Of a stretch of 64,000 nucleotides of DNA, positions 1 through 10,238 are shown piece after piece. Numbering within the stretch: position 1 is the stretch's first letter; every line of letters starts with the position of its first letter. Source of the DNA: Candidatus Entotheonellaceae bacterium (lineage in GTDB: Bacteria > Tectomicrobia > Entotheonellia > Entotheonellales > Entotheonellaceae); assembly GCA_965238075.1 (NCBI GenBank), contig OZ250173.1, positions 2,016,001-2,080,000 of the forward strand, in the 5' to 3' direction. The notes under the pieces are model-generated. The model saw only the letters and a list, made by a program, of their open reading frames with translations, had not been told where the DNA came from and made no database searches. Position numbers and translations under genes: made by a program.

Positions 1-2
1 TG

Positions 3-2231
3 CACTCCTTTTTCGATCCCACCGAACTGGAACGCGAAAAGGAAGTGGTGCTCGAGGAATTCCGCCGCAGCAAGGATAGCCCGGATCACGAAATTGCCGA
101 GCGCCTCTTCGACCTCACCTTCACGACGCATCCCTACCGCCGTCCGATCATCGGTTTCGAGGAAACCGTGCGGCCCATCCAGCGCGATGACATGCTGCGC
201 GTGTTCAACACTTGGTACGTGCCCAACAACATGATCTTCGTGGCCGTCGGTGATTTTGATTCCGACACCATGCTGCGCACCGTCGAGGACCGCTTCGGCG
301 CCGTGCCGGCCACGGCATTGCCCGTCAGGCCGCGTGCCGACGAGCCTGCTCAGGCGCAGCCGCGCGTGCTGGCGTTCCCCTTTCGGGCCGAGTTGGCGCG
401 CGTCGAAATCGCCCTGCCGTCGGTCGAGGCCACCGATCCGCAAGTGCCGGCGCTCGACCTGCTCAGCGACCTGCTGGGCTCGGGCTATAATTCCACCCTC
501 TACACCGCCCTCAAGCGCCGCCGCCAGTTGGCCCACGACGTGTATGCCTTCAACTACACGCCGTGCGACCGCGGCGTTTTCCTGCTTGGCGCCACCTGCA
601 TGACCGACGACGTGGCCGACGTGGTACAGGGGCTGATGCAGCCGGTGCGGCAACCCGCTTTGTCCATCTCCGAGCACGACTTGGCGGCGGCGAAAACGCG
701 CATCGTTAGCCATTTCGTGCACGCCCGCGAAACGTACCAGGGCATCGCCAGCCAACTGGGGAGTCACATGCTGGTGTACGGCGACCCGAACTACGGCGAG
801 CGCTACGTGGCTGCCATCGAATCGCTGAGCCACGACGACCTGCAGCAGGCGGCGACGACGTTTCTCGATCCGCAGCGCGCCAACCTCGCCCTGCTCATGC
901 CCTCGGACGCCGACCTGCCGAGCGAGGACACCATGCTCGCCTGGACCCGGCAGGACGAGACGTCGCAGGCGCCCGCGCTGCCGCGCAGCACGGACAACAC
1001 CTCCGTCGTGTCCCTGCCGGGCGGCAGCACGCTGATCGTGCAGACCGACCGCAAGGCCCCGCTCGTTACCATCCGCACCCTGCTCCCCGGCGGGCAGCGC
1101 AGCGCCCCGCAGGGCAAGGAAGGCATCGTCCGCCTCCTCAGCGCCACGTGGGACCGCGGCACCAGCATGCGAAGCGCCTCCGAGATCGAACGCGAGCTCG
1201 ACCGCCTCGGCGCTACCCTGGGCGCCTCAAGCGACCGCGATTCCGTCCAGCTCGCCGCCCGCTTTCTGCGCGACACCTTCGCCGACGGGCTGGAGCTTTA
1301 CCTTGAGCTGTTGACCGAGCCCAGCTTTCCGGACGCCGAAGTGGCGCGCGAGCAGACCGATCAATTGCGCGACCTCGACACCCTGAAGGAAAACCGCTTC
1401 CAGTACGCAATGCAGCAGTTTCTGCGCAAATTCTACGGCTTCCATCCATACAATCACCTGTCCATCGGCACGCCCGAGGGCCTGTCCACAGTCTCGCGTG
1501 ATGATCTGGCCGCGTTCCACCAAAGCCTACTGCGCCCACAGGGCGCGGTGTACGTCGTCGTGGGCGACATCACCGCCGAAACGGTGCTGTCGCGCTGGCA
1601 TCAATTGGCGCCGGCGTCGCTTTCCGAACCCGCCGCTGCCGTGACAACCACGGTGCCGGAGGTGCCCACGTGGAGCGAGGCGGCGACCGAGGTGATCGAC
1701 GTGGAAGGCCAGCAGACGCATATCATCTGGGGCTTTCCCACCGTTACGGGCCGCGACCCCGACCGCTACACGCTGCACGTGCTCGACACCATCCTCGGCG
1801 GCATGGGCGGGCGCCTGTTCGTGGAATTGCGGGACAAGCGGGGCCTGGCCTACGCGGTCACCAGCTTCGACGCCTATCCGGTCGATCCCGGCTACCTGGC
1901 CTTCTACATCGGCTGCACGCCCGAGAAGGAAGGCGAGGCGCTCAGCGAATTCGAGCGCGTGGTGCAGGAGATTCAGAACGATGGGGTTACGTCGGAGGAG
2001 TTGGAGCGCGCCAAGACCTACATCGGCGGCGCGCTCGACATCAGCCTGCAAAGCACCAGCCAGCGCACCAGCATCTTCGGCCTCGGCATGCTCCACCAGG
2101 GCCAGTGGAACGCCTACCAGACGTACCTGGAGGCGGTGCAGAAGGTCAGCTTGGCCAACATTCAGGAGGCGGCTCGAACCTACCTGCAGCCATCGCGCTC
2201 GCTGCGCACCATCCTGCGCGCGCAGCGCTGA
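3..2231 (+). CDS. M16 family (pitrilysin/PqqL-like) zinc peptidase, 5'-truncated by the window edge
   Basis: Frame is open from position 3 (HSFFDPTELEREKEVVLEE). Repeated M16 domain motifs (HPYRRPIIG, WYVPNNM, LFVELRDKRGLAY). The HXXEH motif would lie upstream of the window. Confidence 0.9.
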   Translation, partial: HSFFDPTELEREKEVVLEEFRRSKDSPDHEIAERLFDLTFTTHPYRRPIIGFEETVRPIQRDDMLRVFNTWYVPNNMIFVAVGDFDSDTMLRTVEDRFGAVPATALPVRPRADEPAQAQPRVLAFPFRAELARVEIALPSVEATDPQVPALDLLSDLLGSGYNSTLYTALKRRRQLAHDVYAFNYTPCDRGVFLLGATCMTDDVADVVQGLMQPVRQPALSISEHDLAAAKTRIVSHFVHARETYQGIASQLGSHMLVYGDPNYGERYVAAIESLSHDDLQQAATTFLDPQRANLALLMPSDADLPSEDTMLAWTRQDETSQAPALPRSTDNTSVVSLPGGSTLIVQTDRKAPLVTIRTLLPGGQRSAPQGKEGIVRLLSATWDRGTSMRSASEIERELDRLGATLGASSDRDSVQLAARFLRDTFADGLELYLELLTEPSFPDAEVAREQTDQLRDLDTLKENRFQYAMQQFLRKFYGFHPYNHLSIGTPEGLSTVSRDDLAAFHQSLLRPQGAVYVVVGDITAETVLSRWHQLAPASLSEPAAAVTTTVPEVPTWSEAATEVIDVEGQQTHIIWGFPTVTGRDPDRYTLHVLDTILGGMGGRLFVELRDKRGLAYAVTSFDAYPVDPGYLAFYIGCTPEKEGEALSEFERVVQEIQNDGVTSEELERAKTYIGGALDISLQSTSQRTSIFGLGMLHQGQWNAYQTYLEAVQKVSLANIQEAARTYLQPSRSLRTILRAQR

Positions 2232-2240
2232 GCATGGATC

Positions 2241-2447
2241 GTGAATGACAGGGAATTTCTCAGGTGAGCCCGGCGATACGCCCGCAGGCATGGATTGCAT
2301 TTCGATTTTGCCCCCAGCCGCGGGAAGGGCAGTCACGGAGAGATCCGGCTTGGACCCTACCGGACTACCGTGCCTCGTGGCGAGATTCCTGCGGGTACTC
2401 TGGTTTCGATGCTGAAGGACTTGCATGTCGACAGGAGAGAGCTATAG
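2241..2447 (+). pseudogene. hicA: HicA-family toxin with an in-frame TGA at 2265-2267
   Basis: Manual translation from GTG 2241 gives MNDREFLR*ARRYARRHGLHFDFAPSRGKGSHGEIRLGPYRTTVPRGEIPAGTLVSMLKDLHVDRREL*. It has the GKGSH motif and lies directly upstream of hicB. Not in the ORF track. Confidence 0.8.
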
Positions 2448-2450
2448 ATC

Positions 2451-2936
2451 ATGCGCTACGCCTATCCGTGCAACATCGTCCGCGACAAGGAAGAGGAACG
2501 GCTAGGTAGAAGAGAAGCCTATACGGCAACCTTTCCCGACGTGTATGGGGCCAACACAGGCGGATGGTCCTGGAAAGAGGCCGTGGAGATGGCCAAGGAT
2601 TGTCTGGGGGTCGCCCTGGGCATGCACGTTAAGGCCCGCGAAGACATACCCGCTCCCAGTCCCCTCAAAGAGGGCCAAGTGTTGATCTCCGTAGCGCCCA
2701 TTGTTGCAGCGAAGCTGGCTCTCTATACAGCGATGCGGGAACAGGGCGTCACCAACGTCGCCCTTGCCGAGCGGCTGGGCCTGCAAGAAAACGCAGTCCG
2801 TCGGCTTCTCGACCCTGGGCATCAATCTCCCATGACGGCGGTCGAAAAGGCCCTCGAAGTCGTTGGGCGCTCCCTGATGGTGGAAAATAGGGTCGCCGTC
2901 CAGTATTCCGAAGTCCCTGCCACTCTGGCCCCGTGA
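2451..2936 (+). CDS. hicB: HicB-family antitoxin with C-terminal HTH
   Basis: ATFPDVYGANTGG..EAVEMAKDCL..EDIPAPS HicB domain, then LYTAMREQGVTNVALAERLG HTH. Confidence 0.88.
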   Translation: MRYAYPCNIVRDKEEERLGRREAYTATFPDVYGANTGGWSWKEAVEMAKDCLGVALGMHVKAREDIPAPSPLKEGQVLISVAPIVAAKLALYTAMREQGVTNVALAERLGLQENAVRRLLDPGHQSPMTAVEKALEVVGRSLMVENRVAVQYSEVPATLAP

Positions 2937-2954
2937 GTTCATCACCCGTCCCTG

Positions 2955-4796
2955 TCATGCCTCGTCATCCAACCCCGCCACCAAGCTGGCGTACGTCATG
3001 TCGTACAGACGCGCGTAAGGCCCGTGGCGCCGGACCAGTTCTTCGTGCGTGCCGCTTTCCAGCAGCCGTCCGTTTTCCAGGACGATAATGCGGTCTGCCT
3101 GCTTCACGGTCGAGAGGCGGTGGGCGATGATGAACGTGGTGCGCCCGCGCAGCAGCGTCTTGAGGCCCGCCTGCACCAGCCGCTCGGCTTCGACGTCGAT
3201 GCTGGCGGTGGCCTCGTCGAGGATGAGGATACGCGGGTCGGCGAGCAGGGCGCGCACGAAGCTGACGAGTTGACGCTGGCCGTGGCTCAGCAGGCTGCCG
3301 CGCTCGCGCACCTCGGTATCGTAGCCGTGCTCAAGCCGCATGATGCTGTCGTGCACGCCGAGGGCGCGGGCCGCTGCCTCCACTGCGGCGTCGCTGGCGT
3401 CAGGGTTGGCGTAGCGCAGGTTGTCGCGCACCGTGCCGCTGAACAGAAAAGGCTCCTGCAGGACGATGGCGACCTGCCGCCGCAGGTCGGCCTGCGATAG
3501 CCGCCGCAAGTCGGTGCCATCGATGAGAATGGCGCCCTCGGTCACGTCGTAAAACCGCGTGAGCAGGTTGATCAGCGTCGTCTTGCCCGCCCCCGTATGC
3601 CCGACGATGGCCAGATTTTGCCCCGCCGGCACCGCCAGCGAGAAATCTTCCAGAACCGGCACGCCGGGCTGGTAGTGGAACGACACCCGCCGAAACTCTA
3701 CCTCACCCCGCATTCGCGGCAGCCGCACCGGCGGTGCGCCCTCAAGAACGTGCCGCGGCGTCTCCAGCACCTCGAAAATGCGCTCCCCCGAAGCCATGGC
3801 CATTTGCAGCGAGTTCCAGCGAAAGCTGAGGTCACGCAGCGGCTCGAAAAAGCGATACATGTAGAGCACGAAGGCGACCAGGGCGCCGGCGCTGAGATCG
3901 CCGTCCATCACCAGCGGCGCGCCGCAGACAACGACCACGGCAATGGCCAGGGTGGTCATCATTTCGATGGCCGGGAAAAACAGGGCGGACAGGTGCGCGG
4001 CCTTCAGCGTCGCGTCCAGATGGTCCGCGTTCAGGCGTTCGAAGCGCCGCAAGTTGATCGTCTCGCTGCACAGGCTCTGGATGACGCGCACGCTGGAGAT
4101 GTTTTCCTGCAGGCTGGCGTTGACGCGCGCCAGCGCCCGCCGCACCACCTGGAAGACGCGCCGCGAATGGGTGCGCCAGTATGCGGTGACGATCAGCACC
4201 AGCGGCACCACCGCGCTGGTCAGCAGCGCCAGGTAGGGGTGCATGGTGAACAGGACGATCAGGATGCCCACCAGGGTCAGCGCGTCGCTGAGGATACTGA
4301 GGATGCCGCTGGTGAAGAGGTCTTGCAGGGTGCCCACGTCGTTTTGCACGCGCGACATCAAGCGGCCCACGGATTGGCGGTCGTGAAACGCCACGTCGAG
4401 CCGCATGAGATGCCGGAACAGCGCCTGCCGCAGGTTCAGCAGGACGCGCTGCGCGGCGCGCATGAGCAGCAGCGTCTGTCCGTATTGCAGGCCCCAGCCG
4501 GCCAGCGTGTTGCCGAGGTAGAGCAGCACGATGACGGTGAGGGCGTGCAGGTCGCCTTGTGCGATGGGGCCGTCGAGGGCGAGCTTGATGAGGTAGGGGC
4601 CGAGCAGCTGGCTGGCGGCGACCCCGGCCATGCAGACCGCCGCGACGATCAGAACCGTTGTGTGCGGCACCGCGAACGGCCACAGGCGGCGCATGACGCG
4701 GGCGTCGTACACCCTGCCGAAGCGTTTTTCCTCCACGAGATCGCGGTGGCCGTTGCTCGGTGCCGCGTCCGGGTTGCGGGGGGTTGAGACCTTCAT
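2955..4796 (-). CDS. ABC exporter, fused TMD-NBD (heterodimer subunit B)
   Basis: TM domain, Walker A GHTGAGKT, signature LSHGQRQ, ILDEAT. Overlaps its partner by 4 nt. Confidence 0.92.
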   Translation of the reverse strand: MKVSTPRNPDAAPSNGHRDLVEEKRFGRVYDARVMRRLWPFAVPHTTVLIVAAVCMAGVAASQLLGPYLIKLALDGPIAQGDLHALTVIVLLYLGNTLAGWGLQYGQTLLLMRAAQRVLLNLRQALFRHLMRLDVAFHDRQSVGRLMSRVQNDVGTLQDLFTSGILSILSDALTLVGILIVLFTMHPYLALLTSAVVPLVLIVTAYWRTHSRRVFQVVRRALARVNASLQENISSVRVIQSLCSETINLRRFERLNADHLDATLKAAHLSALFFPAIEMMTTLAIAVVVVCGAPLVMDGDLSAGALVAFVLYMYRFFEPLRDLSFRWNSLQMAMASGERIFEVLETPRHVLEGAPPVRLPRMRGEVEFRRVSFHYQPGVPVLEDFSLAVPAGQNLAIVGHTGAGKTTLINLLTRFYDVTEGAILIDGTDLRRLSQADLRRQVAIVLQEPFLFSGTVRDNLRYANPDASDAAVEAAARALGVHDSIMRLEHGYDTEVRERGSLLSHGQRQLVSFVRALLADPRILILDEATASIDVEAERLVQAGLKTLLRGRTTFIIAHRLSTVKQADRIIVLENGRLLESGTHEELVRRHGPYARLYDMTYASLVAGLDDEA

Positions 4797-6571
4797 ACGT
4801 GCGACCGCTCGGCGGCAACGGGCGAAACCGGTGGCGCAACCCGTTCGTCCGGGTCGCGCGATTGTTGTTTGTGCACGGTCTGATACAGCCCCGGCTCGTC
4901 CAGCAGTTCGTCGTGCGTGCCGCGCTGCACGATGCGCCCGCCGGACAGCACCAGAATCAGGTCGGCGTGCCGCAGGGTGTACAGGCGATGGGCGATGACC
5001 ATGGTGGTTCGCCCCATCATCAGCGACCGCAGGGCGCGTTGGATGAGGAATTCCGTCTCCACGTCCACGCTCGACGTGGCGTCATCGAGGATCAGCAGCC
5101 GCGGGTCGCGCACGAAGGCGCGGGCGATGGCGATGCGCTGCCGCTGGCCGCCCGACAGCGTCACGCCGCGCTCGCCGACCCAGGTGTCGTAGCCGTGCGG
5201 GGATTTCATGATGAAGTCGTGGGCATGCGCCGCTTTGGCCGCCGCCACGATGGCCTCCAGGCCGATGTCGGGACGCCCGTAGGCGATGTTGTCGCGGATG
5301 GTGTTGGAGAACAGCCAAGTGTCTTGCATGACGATGCCGATGTGCCGCCGCAGAGCGTCCAATTGCAGGTCCCGGACATCGATGCCGTCCAGGCTGACGA
5401 CACCGCCGGTGGGGTCGTAAAAACGCGGGATCAGTTGCGCCAGGGTGCTTTTGCCGCTGCCGGTGCTGCCCAGCAGCGCCACCGTTTGCCCCGGCTCGGC
5501 GGTGAAGCTGATGTCGTGCAGAACCGGCAGATGGCGGTCATAGTGGAAGCTGACGTGCTCGAAACGCAGTGCCCCGCGCACCTGCGGCAGAGTCCGTGCG
5601 CGTGGGGATTCGCGCACCTCGGAAACGGCGTCCAGCACCTCGAACAGGCGCCGGCCGCCGGCCTGACAGCGCGACGCCATGCCGGCAAGCCAGCTCAGGC
5701 GCCGCAGCGGGTGGCCCAATTGCACCAGATAACTGGTGGCCGCCACCAGGGTGCCGAGGCTCATGCCGCCCAGGATGACCTCCCGGCCGCCGACGTACAG
5801 CGTCAGCCCCAGCCCCACCGCCAGCAGAAGCGTCAACAACGGCAGGCTCAGCGCCTGGGCGTGCGTCACCCGCATATGCGCCTTGTACAGGTCGCCGGCC
5901 ACCTCCGAAAAGGATTCCTCTTGCGACCGTTCGCGCCCGAACGCCTTGACCACCCGGATACCCGTCAGACTCTCCTGCCAAGCCACCGACAGGCGGGCCG
6001 TGTGCGCCTGCACGATCTCCTGCAGCGGCCGCAACCAGCGGCCCATGGCGACCGACACCGCCAGAATCACCGCAAAGCCGCCGACGGCCAGCACCGCCAG
6101 GCGCCAATCAAGCCAGACCAGCGCCGCCGTTGTTCCCAGGCCGGTCAACAGGACGCTGAAGACCATCGGCAAGCCGAAATGGAAGAAGTGGCGCACCGCC
6201 TCCACGTCCGCCGCGGCGCGCGACATCAGATCGCCGGTCTGCGCCCGGTCGTGGTAGGCGAAGCTCAGCCGCTGCAACTTGTCATACAGCAGGTTGCGCA
6301 GCCGGTAGGCGAGGCGCTGGGCCAGGAACGCCACCAGGTAGTTCTGCCCGTACACCGCGGCGCCGCGCAGCGCGGTGACGCCGACCAGCAAGGCGCCGGC
6401 CACGTACACGAAGCCGGGGTTGTCCGGGTCCAGCCCGTCATCGAGGACGCTCTTGAGGATCAGCGGGACGGCGAGGTGCAGCAGCACCGCCGCTACCGTG
6501 CAGGCCAGCGCCCCGGCGAGGCGAAGGCGGGAATCGGCGTAGAGCGCACAGAGACGGGTAAAGCCACGCAT
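4793..6571 (-). CDS. ABC exporter, fused TMD-NBD (heterodimer subunit A)
   Basis: GSTGSGKS, LSGGQRQR, degenerate Walker B ILDDAT typical of one half of a heterodimeric exporter. Confidence 0.92.
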   Translation of the reverse strand: MRGFTRLCALYADSRLRLAGALACTVAAVLLHLAVPLILKSVLDDGLDPDNPGFVYVAGALLVGVTALRGAAVYGQNYLVAFLAQRLAYRLRNLLYDKLQRLSFAYHDRAQTGDLMSRAAADVEAVRHFFHFGLPMVFSVLLTGLGTTAALVWLDWRLAVLAVGGFAVILAVSVAMGRWLRPLQEIVQAHTARLSVAWQESLTGIRVVKAFGRERSQEESFSEVAGDLYKAHMRVTHAQALSLPLLTLLLAVGLGLTLYVGGREVILGGMSLGTLVAATSYLVQLGHPLRRLSWLAGMASRCQAGGRRLFEVLDAVSEVRESPRARTLPQVRGALRFEHVSFHYDRHLPVLHDISFTAEPGQTVALLGSTGSGKSTLAQLIPRFYDPTGGVVSLDGIDVRDLQLDALRRHIGIVMQDTWLFSNTIRDNIAYGRPDIGLEAIVAAAKAAHAHDFIMKSPHGYDTWVGERGVTLSGGQRQRIAIARAFVRDPRLLILDDATSSVDVETEFLIQRALRSLMMGRTTMVIAHRLYTLRHADLILVLSGGRIVQRGTHDELLDEPGLYQTVHKQQSRDPDERVAPPVSPVAAERSHV

Positions 6572-6764
6572 CCTCTAGTCCTCGCAGAGGCGAAAGGTAG
6601 GTCAAGGTGGGCTGGGCTCGCAGGCTGCAAACAGGCATTCCGAACGAGGTTTTGAATCGACACTATAGAGGCTGAATCGTGTTAAAGTCCAGTTGTCAGC
6701 CATCCGCAGCCGCCGGGCTGCCAGCCGTTTGCGACGCATCGAACTTCACAAAGGGAGCACCAAG

Positions 6765-7862
6765 ATGAAAGCTGCTATCTTCCGCCGAGCCCACGAGCCG
6801 CTCCAGATCGAATCGGTTGCGGTCGACAAACCGCGCGACCGCGAAGTCCTGGTGCGCACCGCCGCCACCGGCGTCTGCCACAGCGATTTGCACTACGTTG
6901 ACGGCGACCTGCCGCCGCGCGACCACCCCATGGTCATGGGTCACGAGGGCTCCGGCGTGGTTGAGGCTGTCGGCAGCGCCGTCACGACCGTTAAACCCGG
7001 CGACCACGTGGTGGCCTGCCTGTCCGGCTTCTGCGGCGCCTGCCCGCAGTGCCTGAGTGGGCATCCCAACGTGTGCGCCACCGGCTACGTGAGCCGCTCG
7101 TCCGACACGCCGCCGCGCCTCAGCCTCGACGGCGAGCCCTTGATTCCCTTTGCCAGCGTCGGCAGCTACGCCGAGCAGATGCTGTTGCACGAGAACTCGC
7201 TAGTCAAAATCGACCGTGACATCCCCCTGGACCGCGCCGCGCTAGTCGGCTGCGGTGTGCTCACCGGCGTTGGCGCGGCGCTGCGCACCTCGGGCCTGCA
7301 GGCCGGCCAGACGGTTGCCGTGTTCGGCTGCGGCGGTGTCGGCCTGTCGATCATCCAGGGTGCCCGCATCGGCGGCGCCAGCCGCATCATCGGTATCGAC
7401 AAGTTTCCCGCCAAGCTGGAGCGGGCGCATAGCCTCGGCGCCACTGACGTGATTGATTCCAACAAGGGGGACGCCGTTGCCCAGCTGCGTGAGCTGACGG
7501 GCGGGCAGGGCGTCGATCACGCCTTCGAGGCCGTCGGCTTGCCCGTCCTGGTCCGGCAGGCGGTTGAATCCCTCGCCATACGCGGCACGGCGACCATCGT
7601 CGGGGTGCCGCCCGACGGTTCCGAGCTGTCGTTCCCCTTCAGCGCTATCCGGCCCGAGTGCAAGGTGCAGACCTCGCGCATGGGTTCCAACCAGTTCCGA
7701 ACCGACATCCCGCGCTACCTGGAGTTTTACCGCCAGGGGCGCCTCAATCTCGACGACATGGTGAGCAAACGGGGCCGTCTGGAGGACATCAACGAAGCCT
7801 TCCGGGCCATGAAGGCGGGCGAGGTGGCGCGCAGCGTGTTGACCTTCGACGGGGCGTGTTGA
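6765..7862 (+). CDS. Zn-dependent alcohol dehydrogenase (MDR family)
   Basis: CHSD, GHEGSG, CGACPQC..C structural Zn site, GCGGVG. ATG 6765 follows GGGAG. Confidence 0.92.
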   Translation: MKAAIFRRAHEPLQIESVAVDKPRDREVLVRTAATGVCHSDLHYVDGDLPPRDHPMVMGHEGSGVVEAVGSAVTTVKPGDHVVACLSGFCGACPQCLSGHPNVCATGYVSRSSDTPPRLSLDGEPLIPFASVGSYAEQMLLHENSLVKIDRDIPLDRAALVGCGVLTGVGAALRTSGLQAGQTVAVFGCGGVGLSIIQGARIGGASRIIGIDKFPAKLERAHSLGATDVIDSNKGDAVAQLRELTGGQGVDHAFEAVGLPVLVRQAVESLAIRGTATIVGVPPDGSELSFPFSAIRPECKVQTSRMGSNQFRTDIPRYLEFYRQGRLNLDDMVSKRGRLEDINEAFRAMKAGEVARSVLTFDGAC

Positions 7863-7954
7863 CATGCGGGGTCGTATGGTTTAGAACCACACCTTCATAC
7901 CCCCAATCCAACAATCCAACGCGGAAAAACACGCACCTACATGAGGAGTCTATC

Positions 7955-9163
7955 TTGGCGTACGAAGCACAAATCGAAGCCGGCAAGGCGCACTTCGGCC
8001 GGGTCATGGCTGAGCAACTCGAGCGGGTGGAACGCCTCAAGCAGCAGCCCGACTGGCTTGACTTCAACGCGATCAGCCCCATTGTCATCGGCATTCTGGG
8101 CGGTGACGGCATTGGTCCGACCATCGCGGAAGAGTCGAAAAAGGTCCTGGAATACCTGTTGCGCGGTCAAGTGGCGAGCGGCAAGGTGGTTTTCCGCATT
8201 ATCGACGGCCTGACTATCGAAAACCGCGCCGCGCACATGCAGTCCATCCCCGACGACGTGCTGGCTGAGATCAAGGACTGCCACGTGACGCTGAAAGGCC
8301 CGACCCACACCCCGGAGCAGGGCGACGGCTGGCCGAACCTCGAAAGCGCCAACGTCGGCATGCGCAAGGTCCTCGACCTGTTCGCCAACGTGCGCCCCGT
8401 GCGGGTGCCCGCCCAAGGTATTGACTGGATATTTTTCCGCGAGAACACCGAGGACATGTACGCCGTCGGCAGCCAGGGGGTGAACGTCACGGACGATCTG
8501 GCGATCGACTTCCGCGTCATCACCTCACAGGGCTCCGAGCGCATCATCGACGCTGCTTTCGCGCACGCCAAGCGCACCGGTAAGGATTCGGTGACCATCG
8601 TCACCAAGGCCAACATCGTCAAGACGACCGACGGCAAGTTCCTCGACATCGCCCGCAAGGTGGCGGAGAACTACCCGGGCATTTCGTGGGAGGGGTGGTA
8701 CATCGACATCATGACCGCGGCGCTCATCAACCCGGCGCGCCAGAAGCAGTTCCAGGTGCTCGCCCTGCCCAACCTGTACGGCGACATCCTGACGGACGAG
8801 GCGGCCCAGATTCAGGGCGGTGTCGGCACCGCCGGCAGCGCCAACCTGGGCAAGGTGTACGCCATGTTCGAGGCCATCCACGGCAGCGCCCCGCGCATGG
8901 TGCAGGAAGGCCGCGCGCAGTACGCCGATCCCAGCTCGATGGTGCGGGCCGGCGCCATGCTGATGGAGCACATCGGCTTCCAGGAATCCGGCGCCCGGCT
9001 GCACAAGGCCCTGGACATTTGCGGCCAGTACGAACGCACCGTGGCCATGACGGGCCGCAGCACCGGCGTCACCAGCGGCGAATATGGCCAGTACCTGATG
9101 GAAACCGTGGAGGATTCCGGCATGGAAGCCAAGTGGGAATCCTTCGTCAACGCCGCGGGCTAG
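7955..9163 (+). CDS. Isocitrate/isopropylmalate dehydrogenase family protein
   Basis: GDGIGP, LKGP, FRENTED, NLYGDILTDEAA, FEAIHGSAP. TTG start chosen after GAGGAG. Confidence 0.88.
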   Translation: MAYEAQIEAGKAHFGRVMAEQLERVERLKQQPDWLDFNAISPIVIGILGGDGIGPTIAEESKKVLEYLLRGQVASGKVVFRIIDGLTIENRAAHMQSIPDDVLAEIKDCHVTLKGPTHTPEQGDGWPNLESANVGMRKVLDLFANVRPVRVPAQGIDWIFFRENTEDMYAVGSQGVNVTDDLAIDFRVITSQGSERIIDAAFAHAKRTGKDSVTIVTKANIVKTTDGKFLDIARKVAENYPGISWEGWYIDIMTAALINPARQKQFQVLALPNLYGDILTDEAAQIQGGVGTAGSANLGKVYAMFEAIHGSAPRMVQEGRAQYADPSSMVRAGAMLMEHIGFQESGARLHKALDICGQYERTVAMTGRSTGVTSGEYGQYLMETVEDSGMEAKWESFVNAAG

Positions 9164-9193
9164 CAAGCTTTGTCCCGCCCACCCCGCCGGCGC

Positions 9194-9952
9194 ATGCGCT
9201 TCCGGCCTTGCATTGATTTGCACAACGGCGTCGTCAAGCAGATCGTCGGCGCCTCCTTGCAAGACGGCGCGGACCCGCAGACCAACTTCGCAACCGATCA
9301 ACCCGCCGCCTATTTCGCCGACCGCTACCGCCAGGACGGCCTGCACGGCGGTCACGTCATCATGCTCGGGCCGGGCAACGAAACCGCCGCTGCCGCCGCC
9401 GTGACCGCCTTTCCCGGCGGCCTGCAGGTGGGCGGCGGCATCAACCCGCAAGATGCCGCAGCGTGGCTACAACGCGGTGCCGCCGGTGTCATCGTCACCT
9501 CCTACGTGTTTCAAAACGGCAAGCTGCGCCGCGACCGGCTGCAGGACATGGTCGACGCCGTCGGCGCCTCCCGCCTCATCCTCGATCTCAGTTGCCGCAA
9601 GATAGACGGTCGCTACGTCGCCATGGCCGACCGCTGGCAGATCGCCACCGACCTGGAAATCAACGCTTCCACGCTGGCCGAATTGGCCCCAAGCTGCTAC
9701 GAGTTTCTCATCCACGCCACCGCCGTGGAGGGCCGCCAGGCCGGTATCGACGCCGAGCTTGTGGCGCTGCTCGGGCGCATCGCGCCGGTGCCGGTCACGT
9801 ATGCCGGGGGCATTCGCAGCATGGCGGACGTCGAGCAGATTCGGGAGTCCGGTCAGGACAAGCTGGATTTCACGGTGGGCAGCGCCCTCGACCTGTTCGG
9901 CGGCACCGGGCTGCGCTACGCGGACCTGGTGGCTCTCAATCAGGGAAGGTGA
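9194..9952 (+). CDS. hisA: ProFAR isomerase, His6 (eukaryote-like) type HisA
   Basis: FRPCIDLHNGVVKQIVG, GGHVIMLG, LILDLSCR, TYAGG, DFTVGSALDLFGG are His6-type motifs. Confidence 0.9.
   Translation: MRFRPCIDLHNGVVKQIVGASLQDGADPQTNFATDQPAAYFADRYRQDGLHGGHVIMLGPGNETAAAAAVTAFPGGLQVGGGINPQDAAAWLQRGAAGVIVTSYVFQNGKLRRDRLQDMVDAVGASRLILDLSCRKIDGRYVAMADRWQIATDLEINASTLAELAPSCYEFLIHATAVEGRQAGIDAELVALLGRIAPVPVTYAGGIRSMADVEQIRESGQDKLDFTVGSALDLFGGTGLRYADLVALNQGR
9734..9939 (+). repeat. Copy 1 of a 206-bp direct repeat (hisA 3' end); copy 2 is at 13711-13916
   Basis: Manual ungapped alignment shows 11 mismatches in 206 nt. Confidence 0.95.
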
Positions 9953-10238
9953 GCGACAACAGGGAAGAGCGTACGGTTCTGGTTAAACCGTTCTGTCCTT
10001 TCGCATCAGTTGGTAAAACGTGAGGTTGCAACTCACTTCTGTGCCCCCCTTCTTTCCATCCATCGTTTCCTGCATCAACCCTGGGCATTCACCGTCACCA
10101 GATAAACTGACGTAACCGCCTTGCACTCGTGGTTGAACTCCGCGCAGATGGCATGGCGATCTCCACATGGGTTCAGCAGTCAATAGAATTGACAATGTCA
10201 CATATTTTTTCAGAAAATTTGACACCAGGAGGTTCCAG

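Noticed and set aside
3597-6655. Long plus-strand ORFs (396 and 631 aa) and similar antisense ORFs at 14010-15536 and 55560-57386
   Set aside because: Shadow frames of well-supported genes in high-GC DNA
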